Below, in pieces: positions 20,264-31,239 of a stretch of DNA of 64,000 nt. Location of the stretch: the NCBI GenBank assembly GCA_963804995.1, contig CAWDSK010000003.1, positions 352,001 to 416,000 of the forward strand, given 5' to 3'. Positions within the stretch are counted from its first letter, which is position 1; each line of letters opens with the position of its first letter. A program made the translations under genes and the position numbers. The DNA comes from an uncultured Acidobacteriota bacterium. Its GTDB lineage: Bacteria; Acidobacteriota; Terriglobia; UBA7540. The notes beneath the pieces were generated by a model. It saw only the letters and a list, made by a program, of their open reading frames with translations. It ran no database searches and had not been told where the DNA came from.

Positions 20264-21519
20264 GCGCCGAATAAGTTCAAGCGGCCCTGCGCTGACCAGC
20301 AGGCCCGCGGCCAGCAAATACATTCCCGCCACCCAAACGAATGCCGGTTTGTACCCATGCAGGTCGATGAGGGGCCCGATCACTAACTGCGCTCCGGCGC
20401 CGATAAAGGTCCCCGCCGCCCCCGTCATTCCATAGAGAATCGCCACGTGCTTGGGGGAGAGATCTCCGTGATCACGGTATGAATATTGGTCGACCAGGAT
20501 TGATGCGCGAACAGGGCCACACTCACCAGCGCCAATGCCAGGAAGGTTGCGGGAGCGAAACCGGCTGAGGCACTGAGGGCGCAAACAAACGCCGCAGCCA
20601 GCAGGACGGTCCTGCGACTGCGATGCAGGCCCCAGCCCCTGCGAATCAGGGCGCTGCTCGCGGCCGCTCCGGCAAAGGCGCCCACAAAGGAGCAGAAATA
20701 GGGGATCCAAAGGAGTTTGCCTACGGTATCGAGTGAAAGACCTCGGGCTTCCCGAAAGTAGCCAGGGATCCAGAAGAGATAGAAATACCAGGCTGCGTCT
20801 GAGCACGCCCGCGCCGTAAGCACACACCAGTATTTATGAGTCTTCAGAACTTCACCCAGCGTAACTTCTGGCTCGGCAGGAACGCTGGCGGCGGAATCGC
20901 GTTCTTCGGTCAGAGCAACGTCAGGTTTCCCGGCAGCGATCCGCATGCGCCGATGAATCAGCAGCCAGGGGGGAAGGAGCAGGAAGCCGAGCACGCCGAT
21001 CAGCAAGAACGACGCCCGCCATCCATAATGAAGAGTTGTCCAGGCAACGAGGGGTGGGGTGAGCAACATTCCCAAGCTGATGGCCGAAAGGATGGTGCCC
21101 ACGGCCTTGGCGCGGCTGGCAGGTGGAAACAGTTCGGCGGCCCCGCGCATGGCGGCGGGATAATAGCTGCCCTCTCCCATCCCCAGCATGGCCTGGCAAA
21201 AAACCAGACTCCGAAGTCCCTGCACAAACGTGTGGGCGATGGCAGCGAATGACCAGAAGAGCACCGTCAGCGAAAACGTGCGGCGGTATCCCAGGCGATC
21301 CGCGATCCGGCCTCCCAGGATGTAAAAGATCGCATACATCACCAAAAACGCGTGGATGGCCCGCCCGTAGTCAGCGTTGGTAAGTGCAAGGCCCCGCCGC
21401 ACATCGGGCATGACCACGCTCAGCATCGAGCGGTCAATGTAGTTCATCATCGACCCTGCGAACAGGAGCACGACGATCAACCGCGGAAAAGTTTCTTGCC
21501 AAGCCGATTTGTTTGACAT
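20240..21519 (-). CDS. MFS transporter (ExuT/ACS-like), frameshift in a G run near 20455
   Basis: NYIDR, GRIADRLGYRR, GMGEG..YP and WFYLFWIPGY motifs; C-terminal helices continue in ORF 20240-20827. Confidence 0.82.
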
Positions 21520-21566
21520 GTGACGGAGGCTTTATACTACGTCCCGCTCAGAAAGGGAGAAGAATC

Positions 21567-22754
21567 ATGACCCACCGGGAGCGCATTCTGGCTGCAATCC
21601 ACGGCGAAGTGCCTGACCGGCTGCCCTGGGTTCCTCGACTGGAATTCTGGCACCGCGTCCGCTTGCGGCAGGGAACGTTGCCGCCGGAGTTGCGTTCCCT
21701 CACGCTGACTGAAATCACTGAGCGCCTGGACGTGGGCTGTTATTCCTCGGTCCCTGACTTCACCGATGTCGCCAACGAAAACGCCATGATCGACCGGACA
21801 CTCGGCCTGTATCATCTTCCGGTCATTCCTTATCGCGTGACGCTCGAGGACGTGGAGCGCCGGGTGACCCATCGCGGCCAGGAAACCGTCGTCGAATATC
21901 ACACTCCGGTTGGGACCATCCGCACCGCCTCGGTATTAACCGAGGAAATGCTGGATGCGGGCGCGTCCATGTCGTGGATCACCGAGCATGCCATTCGCGA
22001 GCCGCGTGATTTCGAGGTCGTCGGCCATATCTTTTCGCACCTCAAAATCGAGCCATACTTTGCGGGCTACCTCGCCCGGCGCCAGGAAGTGGGCGAGCGC
22101 GGCCTCGCCATCGGCTATCTTCAGGGAACCGGCGGCCCCATCCAGCACATCATGAAGGAATTCATGCCACTCGAACAGTTCTTTTATGCCCTTAATGATT
22201 ATCCGGAAAAAGTTCTCCGTCTGGCGGAGCAAATCGAGCCCTACTTTAAGCAAATCGAGGCCATCGGCCTCGACTCCCCGGCTGAGGTCCTGCTGCTCGG
22301 TGGTAACTATGATGATTCGATCACTTATCCGCCCTTCTTTGAGAAGTACATCCTTCCCGTTCTCCGTAGTTACGCCGAGGTGCTGCATCGCAAAGGCAAA
22401 TTCCTGATGACCCATACCGACGGCGAGAACCAGCGGCTTTTCCCCTTGTACCGGCGCGCCGGATTCGATATCGCGGACTCCGTGTGCCCTTACCCGATGA
22501 CCCGCTGCCGGTTGGATGAGATTCGCACTAACTTCGGCGACCACGTTACGATTTGGGGCGGCATTCCCTCCACCCTGCTTTGCGCCAGCAGTACGCCGGA
22601 AGACGAGTTCCGCCGCTCCATCGATGCGACCGTCGAACGCTATAGCCGGGAAAGCCACTTCATCCTGGGCGTCAGCGACATGGTGACAGCCGATTGCGAG
22701 TGGGACCGGTTGCAGTACATCACGGAGAAGGTTGCCGCTTGCGGCACTGCCTAG
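21567..22754 (+). CDS. Uroporphyrinogen decarboxylase / cobalamin-methyltransferase-like family protein
   Basis: MTHRERILAAI.GE.PDRLP N-terminus; FFEKYILP, HTDG, IWGGIP and FILG motifs. Confidence 0.75.
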   Translation: MTHRERILAAIHGEVPDRLPWVPRLEFWHRVRLRQGTLPPELRSLTLTEITERLDVGCYSSVPDFTDVANENAMIDRTLGLYHLPVIPYRVTLEDVERRVTHRGQETVVEYHTPVGTIRTASVLTEEMLDAGASMSWITEHAIREPRDFEVVGHIFSHLKIEPYFAGYLARRQEVGERGLAIGYLQGTGGPIQHIMKEFMPLEQFFYALNDYPEKVLRLAEQIEPYFKQIEAIGLDSPAEVLLLGGNYDDSITYPPFFEKYILPVLRSYAEVLHRKGKFLMTHTDGENQRLFPLYRRAGFDIADSVCPYPMTRCRLDEIRTNFGDHVTIWGGIPSTLLCASSTPEDEFRRSIDATVERYSRESHFILGVSDMVTADCEWDRLQYITEKVAACGTA

Positions 22755-22830
22755 CCGGGATTCGTACGCTGCATCTCTTCCTTCTTTCAAATTGATCATC
22801 GGGACCACTGGCCTTCAAGCCCGGTCCACT

Positions 22831-24219
22831 CTACCGGCTTGGCAACGGAACAATCACGGCAGCGTTGAATCCGTCCATGGCGTGTTGATCGGGGCGGGTA
22901 CGAAGGAATCCTCGCGCGTCGAATAAAGGTGCTAATCCCGGGAATTCCAGGGCGAGCTCTGGCGCGGTTTTTGCTCGAAAACTGGGCGCTTCACGCAAAA
23001 CCTTCTCGACGATCCTTTCGTTCTCTTCGGGTTCGAGTGAGCAGGTCGCATAAATTAAACGCCCGCCGGGCGCTACGGCTCTCAACGCATTCCGCAACAT
23101 CCTGGCCTGTAATTCCGCGAGGCGTGTGATGTCTTCAGGGTGGAGCCGCCATTTGATTTCCGGGTTACGCGCGAGTGTGCCGGTTCCTGAACACGGCGCA
23201 TCCAGCAGAATCCGGTCGAACTTATATTCAAAGGGAAGCTCGCGTGAGGCATCAAGTCGAAGCATCGACAACTGAACCGCCGCCGGGACCCATTTCGGCA
23301 GGAGTTGTGCCAGGGTGCGCAGACGTGAAGCGCTCGCGTCGCACGCTACTAGCGTTCCCTGCCCCAGCAACTGCGCGAGTTCTCCCGCCTTTATTCCCGG
23401 CGCCGCGCAAAGGTCGAGCACACTCTGCCCGGACTGCGGCGCGACAAGTGCTGCCACCAGTTGCGAAGCTTCATCCTGAATAACAATCCGGCCCTCGCGA
23501 TAAGCCCGGGTCATCAGAACCTGACCCGATTCCACGTTCAGTCCGTGTTCCTTGGCATACTGGCAGGGCGTTGTGGCGACTCCCTCCGCTTCCAGTTCCC
23601 TGCGCACGTCTTCCAAGCTAGCAACTGGATCGACCAGGCGCAGCGTGGTGCGGGGCGTCATGAGGCTCGCATACGCCAATTTCCACGCGCCTTCGACGCC
23701 AGCTTCGTGGCTTGTCGCGCACATCGCTTCCCAGCGTTTCAAGAGCCACTCGGGGAAGGCGTGCCGCACACTCTCACGATTCTCGCGACTGAGCTGCCCA
23801 AATTCGCGCCCAGTTAATCGATCGATGGGAGGCTCGCACTTCCGCAAGACGGCATTCACCAAACCCGCCGCGGAACGCTTGCGCGCAGCCTTGGTAAGCT
23901 CCACGGCGTCATTCACCACGGCAGACTTGGGGATTCTTTCAAGAAACCGAATCTGGTAGACACCCATTCGCAGCAGGGTCAGCACTTCCGGATCGAAGCC
24001 CTTCAACTTCTTTCCGGAGAGTTGCTCGATCTGAAAATCCAGCTCGCCGCGCCAGCGCAATACACCCATCACGATTTCGGTGGCGAGTCGCCGGTCAGGA
24101 TCTTTCAATGTGGAAACCTTTGGACTGTGGAGCAAATCCACAGCGAACGCCTGGCCGGATTCGACGCGGCGCAGCACGTCATATGCAATGTGGCGAGCAG
24201 GAGAAGGCATGAGGAGCAT
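22831..24219 (-). CDS. rsmB: 16S rRNA m5C967 methyltransferase
   Basis: NusB-like N-terminal domain (GLVNAVLR); QDEASQ, LDLCAAPG, DAPCSGTG and YATCS motifs. Confidence 0.9.
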   Translation of the reverse strand: MLLMPSPARHIAYDVLRRVESGQAFAVDLLHSPKVSTLKDPDRRLATEIVMGVLRWRGELDFQIEQLSGKKLKGFDPEVLTLLRMGVYQIRFLERIPKSAVVNDAVELTKAARKRSAAGLVNAVLRKCEPPIDRLTGREFGQLSRENRESVRHAFPEWLLKRWEAMCATSHEAGVEGAWKLAYASLMTPRTTLRLVDPVASLEDVRRELEAEGVATTPCQYAKEHGLNVESGQVLMTRAYREGRIVIQDEASQLVAALVAPQSGQSVLDLCAAPGIKAGELAQLLGQGTLVACDASASRLRTLAQLLPKWVPAAVQLSMLRLDASRELPFEYKFDRILLDAPCSGTGTLARNPEIKWRLHPEDITRLAELQARMLRNALRAVAPGGRLIYATCSLEPEENERIVEKVLREAPSFRAKTAPELALEFPGLAPLFDARGFLRTRPDQHAMDGFNAAVIVPLPSR

Positions 24220-24428
24220 TATGCCTCAGGAACGCTCCATCGGAGTGGCTTAGCACGGCCAAATCGCTAGTGAAAAGTCATAGGAAAAAAACGCAAGAGG
24301 TTGGGGATTTAAGTGGGACCTCGCGCGCTATGCCCCGCGGAGAGCAACATGTGAGACATGTTCCCACATTGACAAAAAGTCGTGAGCCGGCAATCGTAGC
24401 GGGGGCCGGGCTGAGTCAGAATTCTGAT

Positions 24429-27400
24429 TTAGTTCTGTACCGTCAGCGTCAAACCCAGGGCATGACTTACGACCGGAGTAGTCGCCGTCAGGGTCACAAC
24501 AAAACTGCCTGCCGCCGTCCCGGGCGAGGGCGCGCCCAAGCCATTGCTGATCTGGCCGCCGCCACCGCAACCCGGCAGCAGCAGCGCCGCGCACAGAAGC
24601 GTGGCAAGTCCCCACGCAGCGCGTCGCCGGAAGCTGCCGGTGATTGCAGCCACCAGCGCGAGGATGGCGAGCAGCATCACGCTCCCCCAAAGCCCTCCGT
24701 GGCCCCCGAATCCACCCGGCATTGGGGGGCTTGGGGGCATCACGGCGGAGGGCGCAGTGGTCTGGACTGTGACGGTCACGTCCACCGGTGTTACCCCGTC
24801 AAGGGTGGTTGTCAAAGGTGAAATCATGCAAGTCGATTCCGCGGGTGCTCCGGCACAGGTGAAACTGACCGCATCCTTAATTCCCACCGGCGTCAGCGTG
24901 ACGTGAAATGCCGCCGTCTGTCCGGGCGCGACGGTGAGTGCCGGCGCAGATCCGTGTGCCATGGCCAGGGAAAAATCCATCCCCGTGCCGGTCAGGGCAA
25001 CCGTCTGCGGACCGTCTGCAGCGTTACTGGTAAGAGTAAGATTCGCCGTGCGAGTCCCAGCCGCCGTGGGAACAAAGCTTACGCTCATCGTACAGTTCGC
25101 TCCCGGATTGAGTGATCCACCGCACTGGTTCTCGAACGCAAAATCACCGCTCGCCGCACCGGTGATCGCCACATTGTTAATGGTAAGCAGCGCGCTACCC
25201 GAATTGCTCAGAATCAGCGGCTGAGCGTTACCCGGCTTACCCACTACCTGGCCTGCGAAACTCACACTGGAGGGCGAGAGCGCGACCTCAGACGCCGTCC
25301 CCGTGCCCGTCAGCACGACCGCCTGAGGGCCCGTCGTGGCATTATCCGCCAGGCTCAGCGAACCCACTACGCTTCCCACCGCGGTGGGTGCGAAGCTTAC
25401 GGAGATTGTGCAATTCGCACCTGCGGCGAGGGACACAGGACAATTATGGGAAACCACAAAATCCGCCGTGGGATCGATACTCTGAGATTTTCGAGCGGGG
25501 CGTTGCCGGTATTGCTCAAGCCCACGCTCTGCGGCGAACTGGTGGTGTGCACACGTTGGTTTCCGAACGCGAGACTCGAAACTGAAAGGCTCACGACAGG
25601 TTCGGCCACGCCAGCGCCCGTAAGGGCCACTGTCTGCGGACTGGAAGCCGCGCTGTCCGTGATGGTCAGAGTTCCAGGCCGCGAACCTGCCTTGGTAGGT
25701 GTAAAGGTTACAGAAATTGTGCATTGCGAGCCTGCGGCCAAGGCCGACGGGCAGGTATTCGTCGCAACAAAATCTCCGCTGGCGGCGATGGCGCCAACGG
25801 TGAGCGTCGCGTTTCCCTGATTCGCCAGGGTCACGATCTTTGCCGCACTGGTGGTTCCCAGATTTTGGGGATCAAAGTTCAAGCTACTAGAGGAGAGTGA
25901 AGCGTCCGCCCCTCCAATCCCCATCCCATGCAGCGTCACATATTGCGGACTGCCGGGAGCGTTATCGTTAATCGTCAGCACCCCGCTCGCATCGCCGTCT
26001 GCCAGTGGAATAAGGCTCACACTGACTTTGCACGCCGCGCCCGGGGCAAGCGTAGTGGGGCAACCATTGCTTACCGTAAAGGGGCCAGTGGCCGTAATTT
26101 CACCAAACTTCAGAGGGGCCGCGCTCGGGTTGCTGACGGTTATAGCCGCCTCTGGACTCGCACCGCCCACCGGTTGTGCCCCAAACTGGACTCCGCCCGG
26201 GTAGAGGGCCACGAGGGGCGGATTCAGTGTCACGTAAAACGCATTGGTCAAAACTGAGCTGGCCGCGAGGTCAAGGCTGCCGTCACCGTCGAAATCCCCC
26301 GTGACCCAGCCCCCATCCGCCTTACCGGCGGGGATGGCGACGGGTGGCATAAAAGTGCCGTCGCCCTTGCCGGTCAGAATGAAAACCCGGCCGTCAAACT
26401 CTCCGATCAGCAAGTCCAGCTTGCCGTCGCCGTTGTAATCGCCCACCAGGATCGATTGCAGCGTCGCGCTGGTCGGCACCGGGTAGGATTGGCCAGCCTG
26501 GAACGTGCCATCGCCATTCCCCAGCAGCACCATCAGGGAGTTGTTCGTGGCCACCACCAAATCAATTTTGCCGTCGTGATTAAAGTCGCCGGCAGCAATC
26601 GCGCGGGCGCCGCCGGGAAGCGAATAGTCGGAGCGTGCTCCGAACACGCCATTTGCCCGGCCGGGAATGATGGAGAACCCACCCTCAAACGCTACCGCCA
26701 GGTCCACGTAGCCGTCGCCATTGAAATCGCCGGCCACGGCCTGCCAGGGCCCGACTCCGGTTGACAGCGTTCCTCCGCTCTGGAACGTACCGTCACCCCG
26801 GCCGAACAAAATCGAAAGGCTGTTGCCGAAGCCAAAGCCGTTGTTCACCACCGCCAGGTCCAGGATGCCGTCCCCGTTTAAGTCCGCTGCCAGGACGGCA
26901 ATCGGGATACTCCCGACCGGGTAATCGGTGCGCGGCCCGAAAGTGCCATCGCCGTTCCCGAGATAGACCGAAACGCTGCCCGTTCGAGCAAGGAAGAGAA
27001 CTACAAGTCTGGTTCACCACCGCCACGTCCAGCTTGCCGTCGCGATTGAAATCTCCTATGGCCGCACCCACGGGCAGAAGTCCCGCCGGAGACGTGGCGC
27101 CGAAATGGAAAGTTCCATCACCGTCACCCAGGAACACCGAAATCGAGCTGTCAGCAAGGTTGGTGGTTACCAAATCCAGCTTGCCATCGCCATCGAAATC
27201 ACCCGTCGCGATGGCGAGCGAACCGAGCGACCCTCCGTACGGTTGGGGGCTCGGGAAAGTCCCGTCCCCGCGGCCCGCGATGATGGAAACCGTGCCCAAC
27301 TCACTCAACACCACGGCCAGATCAGGCTTGCCGTCATGGCTGAAATCCCCCACCGCCAGAGCCGTCGGCTGGCCCGGCAGCATGTATTGGGTCTCCGCCT

Positions 27401-28487
27401 CGAACGTTCCATCGCCAACCCCGAGCAGAATCGAAAAGGTCTGTTCCGCACCGTTGCCCACTACGATATCGAGCCGGCCATCCCCATTAAAGTCACCGGC
27501 TGCCAAAGCGGTCGGGTAAACTCCGGTCGAGTAGTCCAGGTGAGGCGCGAAGGTGCCATCGCCCTTGCCGAGCAAAATCGAGACCGCATTCTCCGCGCCG
27601 TAGGTCACTGCCAGGTCAGCCACCCCATCGCCATTGAAATCCCCCACAATGACCGCATTGGGACCTGACAGCACCAGCGTGTCGCCCGCATGCTGAAACG
27701 TGCCGTCGCCCCTCCCCAGGAAAATCGAGATGGTGTCAAGGGCGGTGGCCACGGCCAAATCCAGTTTGCCGTCCCCATTGAAATCGCCCACCGCCACCCA
27801 CTCCGCCGCCGCGGGAGTGCTGTACGGGGTGGGCGCCTGGAACGTGCCATTGCCATTGCCGAGCAGAACCAAAAGGGAGTTGAGCGATCCGTTGGCAACG
27901 GCCAGATCCAGCCTGCCGTCACCGTTGAAATCTCCGACGGCAATCGATTGCGGTTGGATCCCCGAAGCCAGCACGGTCTGCGCTCCGAACGTGCCGTCAC
28001 CATTGCCGAGCAGAATGGAAATTGATCCGTTGGTCCCGCAGTATAATTCCGTCTCGCAGTTCTGGTTGGCGATCGCCAGGTCCTGCCGTCCATCCCCGTT
28101 AAAGTCACCCACCGCCACGGCCACGGGCTGATTGCCGGTCGCATAAAATGTGGCAGGCGCGAAGGTGCCGTCCGCCTTGCCCAGCAGAATCGCCACACTA
28201 TTGCGGCTGGATTGCACGACGGCGAGGTCAAGGATTCCATCCCCATTAAAATCACCGACCGCCACCGACGCAGGCCCCGCGCCTGTGCTGCCCACGGAGT
28301 AAGTGGCGCGGCCGAACATGTACCCCTGGGCCCGCGCGTTCGGCACAGTCACTAGCACCGCCAGTAGGAGTGCCGAGAATGTCCACACGGCGCTTCGGGT
28401 TCGGCCCATCGTGCGGGCAGCCCTTTTCGGCGTTGAGGGCGAGGAGAAAATAGAACATTTAAACTGGCTGCAGGTTACTAGGCGCAT
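24429..28487 (-). CDS. Large surface protein: FG-GAP/VCBS repeats, ASH (choice-of-anchor D) Ig-like domains and a C-terminal membrane anchor; frameshifts near 26980 and 25490
   Basis: Many GDFNGDG.LDLAV / LGNGDGTF repeats, then C..SLA.GA.CTISV.F.P domains and a TM..LLLPGCGGG tail; three consecutive same-strand ORFs. Confidence 0.82.
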
Positions 28488-28658
28488 GGTAGCTTCCCCG
28501 GATTGGTGTGTCGTCGCGTGCCCGGCAGGAAGCACTGCGTGCGGAATGGAATAATCAGTGGCGTGGGACGCAGGGGTCCCACGGCGTTTATTCCTGGCGA
28601 CTGACCTCAGGTGGGGGACGCCGCCTCATGATGTAGAGCGATGCACTGAACATGCGAA

Positions 28659-28687
28659 ATCTTATAACGCCTTAATCCCTGAGTCAA
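28659..28687 (-). promoter_or_regulatory. Sigma70-type promoter for the FG-GAP gene
   Basis: Minus strand TTGACT-N17-TAAGAT. Confidence 0.5.
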
Positions 28688-28712
28688 CAGGTTTAATATA
28701 AGATAATCATTA

Positions 28713-28727
28713 GAACAACATTAGAAC
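28713..28727. promoter_or_regulatory. Candidate LexA (SOS) box
   Basis: GAAC-aacatta-GAAC, the reverse complement of GTTC-N7-GTTC. Confidence 0.4.
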
Positions 28728-28900
28728 CTTCTAATTTGGCAAATCCTACAGGGCAAAGGGGATGCTAGTGCTGAGGATCTCGCTGCGGCATTGGGCAGGG
28801 GGAAACGCGTCCCCCACGGGGTGTTTTTGAGGATTCGCTTGGATGTGGGGATTGTCTAATAACTCATTTAGGTTGGCTGGCGCAACCGACCCGAAGCCCC

Positions 28901-29048
28901 AAAAGGATTTCACCACAGAGTTCACAGAGGTCACAGAGAAAAGAGCGACGAAAAGACTGTGAGCTGCTAACCCGGAAGCGTGCTCTCTACCCACGCCATC
29001 AGAAGCGTTTTTCTCTGTGGTCTCTGTGCCCTCTGTGGTGAATCTTTT
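28901..29048. repeat. Inverted 9-mer (cacagag-based) micro-array fold-back
   Basis: ttcaccacagagttcacagaggtcacagag ... ctctgtggtctctgtgccctctgtggtgaa. Confidence 0.75.
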
Positions 29049-29281
29049 CTTTGCCCCACTCAAAGAAATTGATTCAATGAAAGTGCCTCACCAGAAAGTG
29101 GTCGGTAGCGCAGCGCGGAAGGAACAAAGCGCCGTTTTTGGCCTTCCCCGGCGTGCTACACTCTGCTGGAGGAGAGTAAAAGCCCTCCCGCGCGGGGGTT
29201 CTGACGACTGAAAGCTGATGACTTTCCAACCGGCTCGTGTAACGTAAGCATGAATGTGATAACATTTTGTGGAGGGGAGTT

Positions 29282-29611
29282 ATGCCAGCCACCAAAACCA
29301 AGTCCGTCCGCACACCCGCGGCCTCCACTGAAAACGAGTACCGCGGCAAGCGGACGCGTACGGGAAACGGTATTTGCTTTGATCGCGCTCTCTTCAAAAG
29401 CCATCCCGAATTCGCCGGGGAGGTTAGGGCCCACGTGATCGCGCCCGGGCGCATGCTGGTATCCGTTGCCGAGCCGGTCAGCAAGCGCCGCGATCCCGTG
29501 ATGCAATCTTTCCTTGCCTTCCTCGCGAACGATATTGCCAAGGCGCCGGAAACGATCAAGCCGATGAGCCGCGAGCTGGCGGAGCGCATTGACCGGTTAG
29601 TTGTAGACTGA
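29282..29611 (+). CDS. PrlF-family antitoxin with no adjacent toxin
   Basis: DPVMQSFLAFLANDI...P..IKP matches the PrlF C-terminal motif; GGAGGGG RBS. Confidence 0.65.
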   Translation: MPATKTKSVRTPAASTENEYRGKRTRTGNGICFDRALFKSHPEFAGEVRAHVIAPGRMLVSVAEPVSKRRDPVMQSFLAFLANDIAKAPETIKPMSRELAERIDRLVVD

Positions 29612-29656
29612 AGGTCATTTTTCTTGTCGCCATAACCCCATATGTCCGTAGCAAGC

Positions 29657-30378
29657 GTAGCGCGGTCCCCCGGTTTTGGGGTCCGCGGTCCTTGGCGTGC
29701 AAAAACCGGAAATCTCAAACACTGCTTTGCCACGATACGTTCGCTCATATGGCGCATGAAGAACCGCGGACCTCAACGGCGGAGGTCCGCGCACATTGCT
29801 TCCACTTACTGGTCATATATGTGAGTAGGCGCCGCAGGGAACGTAGCGCGGTCCCCCGGTTTTGGGGTCCGCGGCTCTTCGTTTGAAAACACTGAAACTC
29901 TCAATTGCGGGCGACTTCTTCCCCACCACACATTCGCTCTCATGGCACATGAAGAACCGCGGACCTCAACTGCGGAGGTCCGCGCTACATTTGCTTCCAC
30001 TTACTGGTCATATATATGAGTAGGCGCCGCAGGGAACGTAGCGCGGTCCCCCGGTTTTGGGGTCCGCGGCTCTTCGTTTGAAAACACTGAAACTCTCAAT
30101 TGCGGGCGGCATCTTCCCCACCATACTTTCGCTCTCATGGCGCATGAAGAACCGCGGACCTCAACTGCGGAGGTCCGCGCTACATTTGCTTCCACTTACT
30201 GGTCATATATATGAGTAGGCGCCGCAGGGAACGTAGCGCGGTCCCCCGGTTTTGGGGTCCGCGGCTCTTACTTTGAAAATACTGAAACTCTCAATTGCGG
30301 GCGGCATCTTCCCCACCATACTTTCGCTCTCATGGCGCATGAAGAACCGCGGACCTCAACTGCGGAGGTCCGCGCTAC
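29657..30378. repeat. Tandem array of four REPIN-like units (GTAG REP doublets), period 195 bp
   Basis: gtagcgcggtcccccggttttggggtccgcgg starts at 29657, 29843, 30038 and 30233, each paired with an inverted ccgcggacctcaac.gcggaggtccgcg(ctac). Confidence 0.92.
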
Positions 30379-30408
30379 ACTTACTCTTGAAGGCAAGGAT
30401 GCGGGGCT

Positions 30409-31020
30409 TTACGACTGCAATGGATAAGGCGGGGGTACTTCCGGGGTGCGCTTCAGATCCGGCGCACGGTCACCAACCAGGTAGGATTTCATGATGCCGG
30501 CCCACTTCCCCTGGGCGGTCAGGATCAATTCGATGGCCTCGCGCACCGCTCCCTTGCCACCCGGGCGGAGGGTCATGAAGTGCACGTGCCGGCGCAATGA
30601 CTCGTCGCCATCTGCCACGCACACGGCCAAACCGACGCGCTTCAGCAGCGGCAGGTCCACGATGTCGTCACCGACGTAGCACACCTCGGCATCCTCGACT
30701 TGGGCGGCGTGCCGGATTCTCTCGTAGGGAATTAGTTTTTGCAGGGCGTTCTGCTGCAGGAAATGGATTCCCAGTTCTTTGACGCGAAATTCGATGACGG
30801 GTGAGCTGCGTCCGGTAATGATGCCGGTCTTCAGCCCCGCGTGATGGGCCAGGCGTATGCCCAGGCCATCCCGGGAGTGAAAACCCTTGGTTTCGAGCAT
30901 CCCCCCGCCCGGACGCGGCACGTAATAGATATTGCCGTCGGTCAGGACGCCGTCGACATCCATCAGTAACAGCTTAATGTTTTTGGCTCGTGCGAGCTGT
31001 TGTTGAGAAAATTTTCGCAT
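30409..31020 (-). CDS. kdsC: KDO 8-phosphate phosphatase (HAD family)
   Basis: LLLMDVDGVLTDG, DGLGI, GDDIVD and GGKGAVRE motifs. Confidence 0.92.
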   Translation of the reverse strand: MRKFSQQQLARAKNIKLLLMDVDGVLTDGNIYYVPRPGGGMLETKGFHSRDGLGIRLAHHAGLKTGIITGRSSPVIEFRVKELGIHFLQQNALQKLIPYERIRHAAQVEDAEVCYVGDDIVDLPLLKRVGLAVCVADGDESLRRHVHFMTLRPGGKGAVREAIELILTAQGKWAGIMKSYLVGDRAPDLKRTPEVPPPYPLQS

Positions 31021-31239
31021 ACGTGTGGTTGAAATTCTCTCCCTTTGGTTTCATTTATGGTTCTGCCGCGCGACCTACTCCTCAATTTGTTCCTGGATGA
31101 CCCCCTCACCCGTCCCGCTCCGGCTGGTGAAAACGCCGGCAGCGGTCCACCCTCTCCCCCAAAGGGGCGAGGGTTAGAAATCTTCAGTTGTCAGTACCCT
31201 ACTCCCTAAGGGGCAAGGGCGATTAATTCAGGCCCCTCA

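Noticed and set aside
29806..30195. Two near-identical 64-aa ORFs (MEANVARTSAVEVRG...)
   Set aside because: Chance translations of the repeat unit; similar peptides appear at other REP copies (50305, 63286, 63524)
29657..30378. CRISPR array
   Set aside because: Whole 195-bp units repeat, including the would-be spacers; no cas genes; GTAG REP architecture explains it
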